Translations under genes and position numbers: made by a program
Shown: piece after piece, positions 30,221 through 41,703 of the stretch
Numbering within the stretch: the stretch's first letter is position 1
Layout of the letters: every line of letters begins with the position of its first letter
The notes under the pieces: model-generated
Databases searched by the model: none
What the model was told of the DNA's origin: nothing
The model's input: the letters and a program-made list of their open reading frames with translations, nothing else
From: Thermoplasmatales archaeon
GTDB lineage: Archaea > Thermoplasmatota > E2 > UBA202 > JdFR-43
Length of the DNA: 64,000 bases
Assembly (NCBI GenBank): GCA_014361245.1
Contig: JACIWB010000001.1
Coordinates: forward strand, 4,622-68,621
Direction: 5' to 3'

Positions 30221-31552
30221 TTATTTTGATAAATCTTTTATCATCTTCTTGTATTCTTCTGCAATTCTTTTAGCTTCCTCCTCATTTTTTCTTTCAACAT
30301 AAATTCTTATTATTGGTTCTGTTCCAGAAGGTCTTATTAAAATGAAACCATTTTCACTGTTTATTCTTATTCCATCAGTGAAATCAGCTTTTCCACCTAT
30401 ATCCTCCTTGATTTTTTCCACTACTTTTTCTTTATCCATGCATTCTATCTTCTCCTTTACTGTATAGTATTTTGGCAAATTTTTAATAATATCAGATAAT
30501 TTTCCCGCTCTTTCAGTCAGCATCTTAATCATATAAATGCTTGCCATTCCTGCATCCCTGCAATACTGATGCTCTGGAAATATAAGTCCGCCATTCTCTT
30601 CTCCTCCAAAGATTGCATTTACCTCCTTCATCTTTTTTGCAACATTTCTTGCTCCAACTTTTGTATAAAAAATACTTCCCCCTTTCATTTTTACATATTC
30701 CTCAACACATTTTGATGTAGAAACAGGAACAACAATACTTCCTTTTTTCTTTTCAAGTTTATGCCCGGCAATTATTGCAAGGCTGTAATCACCGCTGACA
30801 TATTCACCATTTTCTGTTATGAAAATTGCCCTATCAGCATCTCCATCATAAGCTATTCCTAAGTCCGCATTAACAGCTTTCACCGTCCTTATTAAATCAT
30901 TCAAATTCTCCTTAACTGGCTCATAGTTTCTCGATGGCAGCCCTCTTGGCTCGCCATTCAGCGTAAGCACATCCGCAACACTCGCAATTAAATAAGGCAT
31001 CACTAGGCAGCCAGCCCCATTCCCGCAGTCAATTACAACCTTTAATTTTGTTTCCTCCGCCTCCGCATTCTTGATTACTCCTTCAATGTAAAAATCTGTT
31101 ATATCTACAGTATATATGCTCCCGATTTCATTCCATGATGTCTTTTTGAAATTGCCTGCATAAAATATATTTTCTATTTCTTCCTCAACTTCTCTCTGCA
31201 ACTCTTCCCCATTCCTATCAACAACCTTTATTCCGTTATATTTAGGAGGATTATGAGAGGCAGTTATGATTACGCCCGCGTCTAAATCGCTATTTTTCAG
31301 ATAATATTGTAAAGCGGGGGTTGGAGCTATATTTGCATCATATACATTGCAACCGACACTTATCAGACCAGCAATTACTGAGTTTTTTAACATTTCACTT
31401 GAAATTCTTGTATCCATTGCAACCGCTATGTTTCCATTAAAATAAGTTCCAATTGCTTTTGCTATTTTAACAGCAAATTCAGGGGTAATTTCCTCATTTG
31501 CTATACCTCTTATTCCATTTGTTCCAAATAAAGGCATATTCATAAACATCAC
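30221..31552 (-). CDS. Phosphohexomutase (phosphoglucosamine mutase / phosphomannomutase, archaeal GlmM-type)
   Basis: GVIITASHNPPKYNGIK (active-site Ser loop), DGDADR metal-binding loop; 443 aa. Confidence 0.8.
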   Translation of the reverse strand: MMFMNMPLFGTNGIRGIANEEITPEFAVKIAKAIGTYFNGNIAVAMDTRISSEMLKNSVIAGLISVGCNVYDANIAPTPALQYYLKNSDLDAGVIITASHNPPKYNGIKVVDRNGEELQREVEEEIENIFYAGNFKKTSWNEIGSIYTVDITDFYIEGVIKNAEAEETKLKVVIDCGNGAGCLVMPYLIASVADVLTLNGEPRGLPSRNYEPVKENLNDLIRTVKAVNADLGIAYDGDADRAIFITENGEYVSGDYSLAIIAGHKLEKKKGSIVVPVSTSKCVEEYVKMKGGSIFYTKVGARNVAKKMKEVNAIFGGEENGGLIFPEHQYCRDAGMASIYMIKMLTERAGKLSDIIKNLPKYYTVKEKIECMDKEKVVEKIKEDIGGKADFTDGIRINSENGFILIRPSGTEPIIRIYVERKNEEEAKRIAEEYKKMIKDLSK

Positions 31553-31560
31553 CTCGTATA

Positions 31561-32700
31561 TTAAACTAATTCATAGATAATTAGCCCGGTGAGCAATTTT
31601 GGATCGAACCATGTTGATTTTGGGGGCATATTTTTTCCCGCATCAGCAACCGCCTCAACTTCATAGATACTTGTTGGATGAAGGTAAAATACTATTTCAT
31701 TTCCTTCCTCATCAACCATTCTTTCATATTCCTTCCTGCTAACTTTTCCCCCCACAAAAAATATATTTGGATCCTTTCTTATATCCTTTATTCCAAGAAT
31801 AGGGTATAGGATTTTATCCTGCAGAATGCTTACATCTAGTGATGAGACAACATCATCTGGGATTTCTTTTGGGATAATTTTCCACCATTTTTTCCTCCAG
31901 TACATTTGTATTTCATGCTTCTTTGGCTCCTCAATTTCATCCATTTCCTCTACTTCAAAATCTTTTTTAATTTTTTCAAAAAATTCACTGCTTGCCTTCC
32001 TTATAATCCTGTTATAAGGCAAAATCCTTATTTCATCATCGCTTGCCGAAAAGACCATCGCATATTTTGCTTTTTCTCCTCCATATTTTCTGAAATAATA
32101 CCAGCTAGCAGCGATGCGGTGGTGGCCGTCCGCAATGTAAAACTCAAGTGGAGAGAATAATTCTTTTATTTCCTCTATTTCATTTTCTATTCTCCATAGT
32201 TTGTGTTCATACCCATATTTCTCGAAAGAAGTTAATGGCTCCTCCTTCATCATTTCGTCCATTATTTTCTTGATTTTTTTATTTTTCTTAAAAACAGTCC
32301 ATATAAGCCCTGTCTGTGCCTTTAATTTTTCAATAAGCTTTACTCTATCCATCAGTGGCTCTTCTCTCGTTTCCTCGTGCTTTTTTATCTTTCCCCTTTC
32401 ATAATCGAGCAGGGAGGCGCATAAAATAAAACCTCTCTGCGAAAATTCATGGCTTTTTTCCTGATATAAATAAATAGAGGGGGTATCTTTTATCATTTCC
32501 TTTCTGAAATTTTCATATGCTTTCCTTGCATTTTCATATTTTTCCTCACACTCTCCTTCAGGCAGTATTATATGAATGGCACTTTTTGGATTTTTTCTTA
32601 ATTCTTTTGCTTCTTTATCACTTATAACATCATATGGTTTTGTGCAAAATTCCTGAGGGTAGGGTATTCTCAACCCCTCAAATTCTTTTATCTCAACCAT
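31561..32700 (-). CDS. DUF1015-family conserved protein
   Basis: 379 aa; IADGHHRIAAS motif characteristic of DUF1015/COG4198. Confidence 0.55.
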   Translation of the reverse strand: MVEIKEFEGLRIPYPQEFCTKPYDVISDKEAKELRKNPKSAIHIILPEGECEEKYENARKAYENFRKEMIKDTPSIYLYQEKSHEFSQRGFILCASLLDYERGKIKKHEETREEPLMDRVKLIEKLKAQTGLIWTVFKKNKKIKKIMDEMMKEEPLTSFEKYGYEHKLWRIENEIEEIKELFSPLEFYIADGHHRIAASWYYFRKYGGEKAKYAMVFSASDDEIRILPYNRIIRKASSEFFEKIKKDFEVEEMDEIEEPKKHEIQMYWRKKWWKIIPKEIPDDVVSSLDVSILQDKILYPILGIKDIRKDPNIFFVGGKVSRKEYERMVDEEGNEIVFYLHPTSIYEVEAVADAGKNMPPKSTWFDPKLLTGLIIYELV

Positions 32701-32724
32701 GCATGTAATGCTTCAACCATTTTT

Positions 32725-33087
32725 TTATTTTTCTTCTATGAGGGGCTTATAAGAAGAAATTTTATCTATTGCCTCCTCTATATTTTCAACTTTTGTAATA
32801 AGATAGTAGTCAATTTTATCATTTTTTGTTATTTTAAGGATATATCCTCCCTTACTTGAATATAAAACTTCTTTTTTTATTTCCTCCTCAATTTTCTTTT
32901 CTTCCTTAATTTTCTTTTTTCTTTCAACTCCTTCATCCACTATTCTCTCAATTTCTTCTATACTTTCTTTTGCTGTCTTTTTCCATTCCTTTTCTTTAGC
33001 AAGCTCTTCGTATCCCTTAAAAAATTCCTCCATTTTCTTCTTTTCCTCATGTTTCGAAAAGCTCTCCTCGATTGTAAATTCTGGCAT
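32725..33087 (-). CDS. Hypothetical highly charged (Lys/Glu-rich) coiled-coil protein
   Basis: 120 aa, no family motif recognised. Confidence 0.25.
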   Translation of the reverse strand: MPEFTIEESFSKHEEKKKMEEFFKGYEELAKEKEWKKTAKESIEEIERIVDEGVERKKKIKEEKKIEEEIKKEVLYSSKGGYILKITKNDKIDYYLITKVENIEEAIDKISSYKPLIEEK

Positions 33088-33129
33088 ATAACTAATTTTG
33101 TTTTTATTTAAATATTTATTGGTTAGTTT

Positions 33130-34060
33130 GGGGATTGTCGAAAAATTTCGTTAAATTATATTTCCCTCCCCCGTAGGAAGGCACAGGGGGTGGAGATGAA
33201 GAGATGGCAAAGATACTATACAAGGCATAAATTAGGCAATATAAAAAATCTTTACTATTTTGTTCTGGCAAAAGCAAGGAATTTAGAAGCACCTTTTAGA
33301 AAGAAAAGCGGGGAGGAAGAGATTTTGCAATCCTCATTATGAATATGTAGAATGTATATCATTTCTACTTTACTTGATTTAGGTTTAAGAGACGATGAAC
33401 TCTTATCCGATGTTTTGTGTGTAAAACATATCGATCATAGCACAATTGAGAAAGCAAACAATAGAATTTCTTATCATTATCTTAAAAAATTGCTCATAAT
33501 GATAGGAAATGAAATAAGGAATTTAATTGGAGAGGAGACATTTTCTGTGTTGATAGATTCTACAGGTGTGAAAACAGATAGATTATATTCTCCAACACTG
33601 ATAAGATGCAGAAGGAAGAAGTATAAAGTGGTGGATAAAATGTGATAGCAATTATAAATGCTGATGCTTTCTTTGCATCAGATGCATATTCTGCAATGAG
33701 AATGTTGAAGAAAATCCAAATAAAAGCTGAGGTGCTATTTGCAGATGCTGGTTTTGATTGCGAGGAGGTTAGTAGGGGAATGTTTCAAGCTGGGTATAAA
33801 GCCAATAATAAACAGATAAAATAAAACCCATAGAAAATATAGAAAGAAAGCTTTGGAATCATTTGATGATAAACTCTACAGGAAATTCTGAGGAGTAATA
33901 GAAGGAATATTTGGAGGATTGGAGACAAGAAGATTGTTATTCACGAGATATAAGAAAAAATCAATGAGAATGAAACACATAATTGCCATTGCTATTATTC
34001 ATAATAAACATTTACATGGCAATTTATTCTGATTTTTTCGACGATCCCGGTTAGTTGGCT
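33130..34060 (+). mobile_element. Decayed IS element (DDE transposase split by frameshifts; IS4/IS5-like)
   Basis: 33352..33645 encodes ...VLIDSTGVKTD (first Asp region). 33642..33824, in a different frame, encodes ...LFADAGFDCEE (second Asp region). Further downstream a third frame gives IEGIFGGLETRRLLFTRYKKKS (typical transposase C-terminal motif). No intact ORF. Confidence 0.5.
33352..33824 (+). pseudogene. Frameshifted DDE transposase remnant
   Basis: Two overlapping ORFs in different frames carry consecutive parts of a DDE catalytic domain. Confidence 0.5.
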
Positions 34061-34191
34061 TGTAGAATAAAAGAAAAGGAAAATGGAATTAAATAGAAAA
34101 ATAAGTGGCTTTTGCTGTAAATGAGGAGATGCGAAATTATCTCTTTTTCAGTATTTAAAAAAGAATATTTTTTAAAGATTGAAAACAATAT

Positions 34192-35517
34192 TTGAAAACC
34201 ATAAGAGCAATTACTCTTATAAACATGATTACTCTGTGCAATAAAGTAGGAAATTTAATTATTTTACAATTTTCTCCTTTATATAAAATAAACATACCCC
34301 AAAAGATATTTATCAACATTACAATACAAGTTGTGGATTCGAAAAAATCATTGGCAATAAGATTGATAATAATTTTTGGAATAGTTAGTTTATTTGGAGA
34401 TATTGTATATGAAGGAACAAGGGGTGTTATTGGTCCTTATTTAAAAATATTGGGTGCAAATGCAGTAATAATCGGCTTTATTGCGGGTTTTGGTGAATTT
34501 GTTGGCTATTTATTTCGCCTGTTTTCAGGCTATTTTTCCGATAGAACCAGAGCATACTGGCTTTTTACTTTCATTGGCTATGGCATGATTGCTTTTATAC
34601 CAGCTCTCTCGTTTGCAAATATATGGCAAATAGCTGGGGCTTTTATAATAATGGAGAGAATAGGAAAGGCACTAAGGAGCCCCGCAAGAGATACGATTAT
34701 TTCTCATTTAACAAAAAGTGTTGGCTCTGGCTTCGCCTTCGGGTTGCATGAATTACTTGATCAAGTTGGGGGAATTGCTGGTCCCTTGATTTTTGCCTTT
34801 GCTTTCCTAAATAAAGAAAATGTTTTAGTTGATGACTATAAATTAACATTTAAATTTATGTGGATTCCCTTTACATTACTAATTCTTGCCCTTATTTTCG
34901 CCTATCTTTTTGCTGGAAAAATAGAAAAAGAAAAGGAAGATGAAAGGAAGGAGGGAAAGATGCCTAAAATTTTCTGGCAATATACAATTTTTACATTTAT
35001 CACAACCTTTGGATTTATAAGTTTTGCAATATCTGGCTATCATTTCAAGACAAAAAATATTTTTTCTGACTATCAGATTCCTCTTATATATGCGCTTGCT
35101 ATGGCAATAGATGGAATTGCATCAATTTTTATAGGCAAGGCATATGATAGAATGAATGAAAAAGGCAATGGTTTGAAAATTCTTATTTCAATTCCCATCC
35201 TCACCTTATTTTCATCTATCTTTATTCTTTCCAACTTCAAATTTTTAACATTGCTAGGGGTTGCTCTATGGGGTGTTGTGATGGGAGCACATGAAACAAT
35301 TATGAGGGCGGGTATATCTGATATAACACCAGTGAAGCAAAGAGGAACTGCATACGGCATATTCAATTTTTCATATGGAATTGCTTTCTTTTTGGGCGCC
35401 TCTTTAGCTGGCTTTCTTTATGAATACTCTATAAGTATCCTAATGTTTGTTCTTGTTTCAATTCAAATTTTTGCAGCAACTTTCTTTATTGCACAAATAG
35501 AAAAATCTAAATTATGA
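34192..35517 (+). CDS. MFS-family transporter
   Basis: 441 aa, 12 predicted TM helices in two halves with a charged central loop (KEKEDERKEGK). Confidence 0.7.
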   Translation: MKTIRAITLINMITLCNKVGNLIILQFSPLYKINIPQKIFINITIQVVDSKKSLAIRLIIIFGIVSLFGDIVYEGTRGVIGPYLKILGANAVIIGFIAGFGEFVGYLFRLFSGYFSDRTRAYWLFTFIGYGMIAFIPALSFANIWQIAGAFIIMERIGKALRSPARDTIISHLTKSVGSGFAFGLHELLDQVGGIAGPLIFAFAFLNKENVLVDDYKLTFKFMWIPFTLLILALIFAYLFAGKIEKEKEDERKEGKMPKIFWQYTIFTFITTFGFISFAISGYHFKTKNIFSDYQIPLIYALAMAIDGIASIFIGKAYDRMNEKGNGLKILISIPILTLFSSIFILSNFKFLTLLGVALWGVVMGAHETIMRAGISDITPVKQRGTAYGIFNFSYGIAFFLGASLAGFLYEYSISILMFVLVSIQIFAATFFIAQIEKSKL

Positions 35518-35534
35518 ACCTATTATTTATATAA

Positions 35535-37388
35535 ATGAATATAGCGGAAGAGCTTGGTAAGAAACAAAAGGAAATATCTGTTGCGGAATTTTTTGAGAGA
35601 AATAAGCAAATACTTGGCTTTGATAATCTTACAAGGGCTATAATAACATGTGTTAAAGAAGCGGTTGATAACTCGCTCGATGCCTGTGAGGAAGCTGGAA
35701 TACTGCCAGATATAATGGTGGAAATAAGTGAATTAAAAAATGATGAATATAAGATAGTTGTTGAGGATAATGGTCCTGGCATAGTAAAAAGTCAGATTCC
35801 CCATGTTTTTGCACGCCTGCTCTACGGCTCGCGTTTCCATAGTCTAAGGCAGGCAAGAGGACAGCAGGGAATAGGCATTTCTGCGGTTGTGCTTTATTCC
35901 CAGCTAACCACTGGTAAGCCAGCAATTATTACATCTAAGATAGGTGAAGGTTTTCCGGCGCACAAACTGGAACTTTTTATAGATACTAAAAAAAATTTTC
36001 CCCATATTTTGAAAGAAGAAATGCTTCACTGGGAAAAGAAAAGCGGGACAAAAATTGAGGTTTTTGTGAAGGGTAAATATATAAAAAATAGAAAACAGAG
36101 TGTTTATGAATATCTAAGGAGCACTGCAATTGTTAATCCCCATGCTTCAATAATTCTTATTGAACCAGATGGAAACAAAATAATTTTTGAAAGGGTAACA
36201 AATGAGATGCCGAATCCGCCGAAAGAAATAAAACCCCATCCTTATGGCATAGAAATTGGCATGCTTTTGAGAATGTTAAAAGAAGCAAATGCAAGAAAAA
36301 TAAGCAATTTTCTCGCAAACGAATTTTCATCGATAAGTATTCAGAAAGCAAGGGAAGTCTTATCAAAAGCGGGAATTAGAGAAGAAATGAAACCGAGTGA
36401 AATAACCCTTGAAGAAGCAAAAAATATTATAGAAGCATTTAAGAAAACAAAATTTCTTCCCCCGCCAACAAACTGTCTTTCCCCAATAGGAGAAGAGCTT
36501 ATCAGGAAAGGTTTAAGAAAAGAAACTCAGATGCTTTCACCAGAGTTTATAGCAGTTAATACAAGAAACCCTAGTGTTTTTTCAGGAACTCCATTTATGG
36601 TTGAAACAGGAATAGTTTATGGGGGAAACTTGCCATCGGATGAAAGGGTTGAAATTCTGAGATTTGCAAACAGGGTTCCGTTACTTTATCAGGAAGGAGG
36701 TTGTGTAATAACAGAGGCAATAAAAAATATTGACTGGCGCAGATACGGACTAGAGCAGAAAGGAGGAAAGGGGTTGCCATATGGTCCAGCCATAATTCTT
36801 GTTCATGTAGCTTCTGTAAATGTTCCATTTACATCTGAATCAAAAGAAGCGATAGCTAATATTGAAGAAATAGAAAGGGAGATAAGATTATCTCTTCAGG
36901 AATGTGCTAGGAAAATGAAAATTCATCTCTCAAAAAAGGAAAAGAGAGAGAAGGCGAGAAGTAAATTCTTTCTTGTTGCTAAAATAATTCCAGAAATTGC
37001 AAAAAAATCATCGAGTATGCTTGGTAGGGATGTTCCCGATGTCAGTAGGATAATAACAAAGATAATGAATGTTATATGGATTGAAGATGAAGTATCAGCA
37101 AAGAATGGAAATGCGGAAAGCAGGCTTTATATAACAAATTATAAGAATAAGCCGTGTAGTTTTGTGCTATATTTAGAAGCCCCCAAGGAAAGAATAATAA
37201 GCATTTCTCCAGAGCCAGCTGAAGTAAGGGATAGAGTTATAAAATGGGAGATAAAGGATATAAAGCCAACCGAAAAAAGAGAGCTTTCTATACTTCTTAA
37301 AGGAGATGAATTTGAAAACAATATATATGTTGGAAAAATAGACCCAATAAATGTTATAGGAGCAGAGAAATGGGAGGGTGAAGAATGA
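35535..37388 (+). CDS. top6B: DNA topoisomerase VI subunit B
   Basis: GHKL/Bergerat ATPase motifs: EAVDNSLDA (N-box), VEDNGPGI (G1), GQQGIG (G2); 617 aa; 4-nt overlap with subunit A. Confidence 0.85.
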   Translation: MNIAEELGKKQKEISVAEFFERNKQILGFDNLTRAIITCVKEAVDNSLDACEEAGILPDIMVEISELKNDEYKIVVEDNGPGIVKSQIPHVFARLLYGSRFHSLRQARGQQGIGISAVVLYSQLTTGKPAIITSKIGEGFPAHKLELFIDTKKNFPHILKEEMLHWEKKSGTKIEVFVKGKYIKNRKQSVYEYLRSTAIVNPHASIILIEPDGNKIIFERVTNEMPNPPKEIKPHPYGIEIGMLLRMLKEANARKISNFLANEFSSISIQKAREVLSKAGIREEMKPSEITLEEAKNIIEAFKKTKFLPPPTNCLSPIGEELIRKGLRKETQMLSPEFIAVNTRNPSVFSGTPFMVETGIVYGGNLPSDERVEILRFANRVPLLYQEGGCVITEAIKNIDWRRYGLEQKGGKGLPYGPAIILVHVASVNVPFTSESKEAIANIEEIEREIRLSLQECARKMKIHLSKKEKREKARSKFFLVAKIIPEIAKKSSSMLGRDVPDVSRIITKIMNVIWIEDEVSAKNGNAESRLYITNYKNKPCSFVLYLEAPKERIISISPEPAEVRDRVIKWEIKDIKPTEKRELSILLKGDEFENNIYVGKIDPINVIGAEKWEGEE

Positions 37389-38467
37389 TAAATGTGCAAG
37401 AAAATTTGAAAAAAATTGTTGAAAAATTATATGAAGATATGGTAGATGGAAAAATTCCTTCTGTGGAGCTACCAGCAAGAATAAAATCAAACATAATTTT
37501 TGATGAAAGATATAGAGTGTGGAAGTACGGAAATGAAAAAAGTTTGCGCTCCGCCGCCGTGCTGGCGGGTGCGGTTTCTCTGCTCAGGATGCTATATACA
37601 ATTGAATTTATAAATCAGATGATAGAACAGAAGAAAAGCTCAACGCTGAGGGAAATGTATTATATATCTGAGGGATGGGGGGAGGCAAAATTTGAGAGCC
37701 AGGATGAATCTGATAAACTTGCTGAAGACCTTGAGATATTAACAAAGGCTTTGAGAGAGGATTTTAAACTTCGTCCTGAGGAAGATGGGGCAAGCATAAT
37801 CGGGAACATTGTAATAGAAGAAGTAACAAGAAAAGGGGAAAGAAAAAAAATACATTGTCAGGATGATGTTGGAGATAGTGGATATTCAATTCCATATAAT
37901 GTTGAAAAGGATAAAATAAGATTTATTGAAGCAGGCGCGGACAGAATAATAGCAATTGAAACAGGTGGTATGTTTGATCGCCTTGTTGAAAATGAATTTG
38001 ATGAGAAAAGCAACAGCATTTTGATACATCTGAAAGGCCAGCCCGCAAGAAGCACAAGAAGGTTAATAAAAAGAATGAATGAAGAGTTAAATTTGCCTGT
38101 TATTGTATTTACTGATGGTGACCCATGGAGTTACAGGATATACGCATCAATAGCATATGGTGCAATAAAAACCGCCCATATATCTGAATATCTAGCTACC
38201 CCTTCCGCACAATTTTTAGGGATAACTCCGTCAGACATTCTTTCATATGAACTTCCCTCAGATAAACTTACAGAGGAAGACATAAATGCTCTTAATGCCG
38301 AGCTCACTGACCCCCGCTTCCAGGATGAATTCTGGAAGGAAGAAATAAAATTGCAACTGGAAATAAATAAAAAATCAGAGCAGCAGGCTCTGGCAAAATA
38401 TGGGTTGGATTATGTAACCGATGTATATTTGCCCGAGAAGATGGCAGAGATGGGGTATGAAATATAA
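37385..38467 (+). CDS. top6A: DNA topoisomerase VI subunit A (Spo11 homolog)
   Basis: 360 aa; Toprim [13 protein letters not shown], winged-helix/CAP domain with catalytic Tyr region. Confidence 0.9.
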   Translation: MINVQENLKKIVEKLYEDMVDGKIPSVELPARIKSNIIFDERYRVWKYGNEKSLRSAAVLAGAVSLLRMLYTIEFINQMIEQKKSSTLREMYYISEGWGEAKFESQDESDKLAEDLEILTKALREDFKLRPEEDGASIIGNIVIEEVTRKGERKKIHCQDDVGDSGYSIPYNVEKDKIRFIEAGADRIIAIETGGMFDRLVENEFDEKSNSILIHLKGQPARSTRRLIKRMNEELNLPVIVFTDGDPWSYRIYASIAYGAIKTAHISEYLATPSAQFLGITPSDILSYELPSDKLTEEDINALNAELTDPRFQDEFWKEEIKLQLEINKKSEQQALAKYGLDYVTDVYLPEKMAEMGYEI

Positions 38468-38954
38468 TCTATATGTTTATCATTCAAATGATGATGACCC
38501 AAAAAAATGCACCGCAAAAAAACTTGCGAGATTTGGTTTAATAAAAATTGTAAAAAACTTAAGAAATTTGCCTTATAATGCAATTTTGCTGGATCCTTTT
38601 TCTGAAAAATCTTTATCAAGAGAAGACTCAAAACTCAAAAATATAATTGCAATAGATTGTTCTTGGAAAAATGTGGAATTGCTTTTTTCAAAGATAAGAT
38701 GTAATAACCGCAGAGCTTTACCCTATCTTTTAGCGGCAAATCCTGTAAATTATGGAAAGGTATGCATGCTTAGCACTGTAGAAGCTCTTGCTTCAACTAT
38801 TTTCATTTTTGGAGAAGAAGAGCATGCAAAACTCTTGCTTAGTAAATTTAAATGGGGATTGAATTTTCTTGAATTAAATAGAATGCCTCTCGAAGATTAT
38901 AGGAAAGCAAATAATAGCAGGGAAGTGATTGAAATGATGAACAGGTATATATGA
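38457..38954 (+). CDS. Tsr3-like (DUF367) rRNA aminocarboxypropyltransferase
   Basis: [28 protein letters not shown]...[10 protein letters not shown]...AIDCSWKN pattern of Tsr3/DUF367. Start taken at M 38457 rather than the track's 38421, which overlaps top6A. Confidence 0.5.
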   Translation: MKYNLYVYHSNDDDPKKCTAKKLARFGLIKIVKNLRNLPYNAILLDPFSEKSLSREDSKLKNIIAIDCSWKNVELLFSKIRCNNRRALPYLLAANPVNYGKVCMLSTVEALASTIFIFGEEEHAKLLLSKFKWGLNFLELNRMPLEDYRKANNSREVIEMMNRYI

Positions 38955-39407
38955 TTAAATACGCTTTATTGATGAAGCAGAAATTGGAACTGGGGTGTGT
39001 TGGGTAAAATCCCATCCTTCTTCAAAAACCTCAAGTTCATATGTCCATATACTGCTGTTTATTGCTTTTTTGAAATTATCTTTCTTTATGTGCAATTTTA
39101 CTTCAACATGATCGCCTTCCTTTAAATCTGTTAAGTTTGCATTGAAATATATTCCATAATCCGGAGATGAAGTGAAAGATAAAAATGTTATATTCTCTTG
39201 AGACATTTTTCCAGATATATTATCTTCTATTATCAATATATCCCCTTCCTCAAGGGATTTATATCCATAATAGTAATACAACGATTCATTATAAACCTCC
39301 TTTTCAGCATCATTTATAAGCTCGTTCATATTCATTCTTATTGTTTTTCTTTCAACACATCCAGAAATTAAAAAAATGCTGACGAGCAGTATTATTATTT
39401 TTCTCAT
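38955..39407 (-). CDS. Small putative lipoprotein/secreted protein
   Basis: MRKIIILLVSIFLISGC (signal peptide with lipobox-like Cys); 150 aa. Start taken at the internal Met. Confidence 0.35.
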   Translation of the reverse strand: MRKIIILLVSIFLISGCVERKTIRMNMNELINDAEKEVYNESLYYYYGYKSLEEGDILIIEDNISGKMSQENITFLSFTSSPDYGIYFNANLTDLKEGDHVEVKLHIKKDNFKKAINSSIWTYELEVFEEGWDFTQHTPVPISASSIKRI

Positions 39408-39487
39408 GAAGGAAAATTTAAGGAAATATAAAAACATATCCTTTTAAAAACAAAAAACTCTTAAATATTGTTTATTTATTATCTTAC

Positions 39488-41701
39488 ATGAACTTAAAAC
39501 ATTCGGTATTTGCATTGGCAATAGTATTTTTTATAATCTCGCCTACTCTCTCATTTTATTTTGTTCCTTCAATGAAAAAAATACCTTCAAATCTAAATGA
39601 AATTATATTTTATGAGGGAGAGCTTAGAATGCTAAATCCAAAGACAGCAACCCTTGATTACAAAAAAGTAGAGATTTTGAGAAAAATAAGTAGCATGGGG
39701 TATGAAGGAAATGTTCTTTTAATAAGAGAAGATATAGAAGTATTTGATAAAGTTACCAATGAAAGGATAGATGAACTATGCATGGTAAAATTGTATGGAA
39801 TAAATCCTTACAATGCTGAAAATATAGAAGGCTTTGGAGATATAGATAGGGCGGGGCAATGGATATTTCCTGTTGGAGTGCAAAAGAAGGATTATCTTGT
39901 ATGGAATAGCGACCTCGACGACCCTTTTAAAAAGGGTTACATTTCTAAGGAGGAGGCGCAATCCTGGGGGCGGTATGCTGGGGAGGAAAAAAGAGGAAGG
40001 ATAAGAACATATAAGTTTTCTGGGGGGCAGGAAAATGTGTTTTTTGGATATCTGCCAATGTTGCCTGAAGTAAAAATTTTTTATAGTGGAGATTTAACCG
40101 CATGGGTTGAGCCGAATACGGGAACAATAGTTGATTTACAGAAACATATATGGGAGTATGCTCAATTTCCAAATCTCAGAAAACTTCCCTCAAATCTTAA
40201 TATAAGTGTTTTTTTGGATGGTAAGATTGTAATTCTTAATACATCAAATGCTCTTTATGAGGAAAAAAATATAAGTGTTTGCAATCACATTGAAAATCTG
40301 AGAAATTTTGAACACTATTATATAATAAAGAATGAAGTAATTGCAACAGATGAAAACGGTGAAAGAATAGAAGATCTATGCTCTTATTCAGAGGATGCAG
40401 TAAATCCATATACAATGGAATTAATTGAATTTTTATGTGGAAAAAAAGGATTGCTTACATTTCCAGTAGGTGTTGAAAAAAAAGATTATGAAATATGGAA
40501 TTCAGATATAAATGATGTATCAACTGTAAAATTTATGGGAGAGGAAGAAATTGGCGGGCTAAAAGTTTATAGATATGAAAGTGATGTAAAAAATTATTTT
40601 ATAGGAAATGAAAGTATAGAAGGACTGAGTGACAGGTATATAAAACTTTACTATGATGGAAAAACAACTTATTTTGTTGAGCCATCGACAGGTTTCATAG
40701 TTTATCTTGAAAAAAATGGAGATATAAATGCAAATTTTCCAAATTTATATACCATACCAGAAAATTTTGAAACAAGCGTGAAAATGGAAGGTGAGCTCTC
40801 AATTGCATCTATTTTAAGAGAAATAGAAATGGAAAGAAATTTAAGGGTGGGAAATGTTTGTTGGGAAGACGGGAAAAAGGTTATTGTTATAGAGGATATA
40901 ACCGAAACGAGGGATAAAAGAAATGGTGAAAAAATTGATATGGCGTGCAAGAAAGAATATCATGGGGTATATGCAGATACATGCGAGGAGGCAAAAAATT
41001 ATGGGGATATGGAGAGGGAGGGACTTTTTACATTTCCACCGGGTGTTGAAAAAAGAGATTATTTGATGTGGAATCCTGAAATAAATTTGCCATCAATAGT
41101 TTCATTTATAAGAGAAGAGGACCATGAAGGAATTCATACCTACCTTTTTGAGACAGAAGAAGATAGATTTTTGTATGATTCAACAATCGGCATGAATGTA
41201 AGATATATTACCAAAACAGATTACTGGGTTGAGCCGAAAACGGGTCTTATTATTGATATGAAAAAAAATTCAGTTAAAAAGATAAATCCTCTGGAGATAA
41301 TAACTGGATTAAGAGGGTTTTTTTGGATTGATGTATATAAGGTAAATTTATCGTTTAAAAAAGAAACAATTGAGGAAATGAAAGAAAAGTCAATTACAAT
41401 GGCTCGCCTGCTAAATTTTTCAGAATCAATTAGTAGTGTTGTTAGGATAAATCTTAAAACAAAAGATATTTTTGAAAATATGGAAAAAGCAAAAGAACAA
41501 AAAAATCAGATAGAAAAACTATCTGAAAATAAAGTAAAAGTTCTTGATTTTAGATACTGGATGAAAGAAAAATCGGTTAATGAGATGGCAGAAAAAGCAA
41601 AAAAAGCATCTTTTTTAATCATTTTCCTGCAGATAGTTATTCCATCTTTGCTTATTTTATTTGGAATCATTCTAATGATTTACTGGATAAAAAACAAATA
41701 A
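39488..41701 (+). CDS. Surface-anchored protein built from three ~190-aa internal repeats, N-terminal signal anchor and C-terminal TM helix
   Basis: Three repeats beginning (I/L)P(S/E)N(L/F), each with FP(V/P)GV(Q/E)K(K/R)DY..WN and (W/F)VEP.TG.I(V/I)(D/Y)(L/M)(Q/E/K)K; conserved Cys pairs per repeat; C-terminal FLIIFLQIVIPSLLILFGIILMIYWIKNK. Confidence 0.5.
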   Translation: MNLKHSVFALAIVFFIISPTLSFYFVPSMKKIPSNLNEIIFYEGELRMLNPKTATLDYKKVEILRKISSMGYEGNVLLIREDIEVFDKVTNERIDELCMVKLYGINPYNAENIEGFGDIDRAGQWIFPVGVQKKDYLVWNSDLDDPFKKGYISKEEAQSWGRYAGEEKRGRIRTYKFSGGQENVFFGYLPMLPEVKIFYSGDLTAWVEPNTGTIVDLQKHIWEYAQFPNLRKLPSNLNISVFLDGKIVILNTSNALYEEKNISVCNHIENLRNFEHYYIIKNEVIATDENGERIEDLCSYSEDAVNPYTMELIEFLCGKKGLLTFPVGVEKKDYEIWNSDINDVSTVKFMGEEEIGGLKVYRYESDVKNYFIGNESIEGLSDRYIKLYYDGKTTYFVEPSTGFIVYLEKNGDINANFPNLYTIPENFETSVKMEGELSIASILREIEMERNLRVGNVCWEDGKKVIVIEDITETRDKRNGEKIDMACKKEYHGVYADTCEEAKNYGDMEREGLFTFPPGVEKRDYLMWNPEINLPSIVSFIREEDHEGIHTYLFETEEDRFLYDSTIGMNVRYITKTDYWVEPKTGLIIDMKKNSVKKINPLEIITGLRGFFWIDVYKVNLSFKKETIEEMKEKSITMARLLNFSESISSVVRINLKTKDIFENMEKAKEQKNQIEKLSENKVKVLDFRYWMKEKSVNEMAEKAKKASFLIIFLQIVIPSLLILFGIILMIYWIKNK

Positions 41702-41703
41702 AT

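Noticed and set aside
35535-37388. Possible intein in topoisomerase VI B because of 617-aa length
   Set aside because: No intein block motifs (no Cys/Ser-His...HN-Cys splice junction pattern, no LAGLIDADG) seen; the length is within the range of long archaeal Top6B with an extra C-terminal domain.
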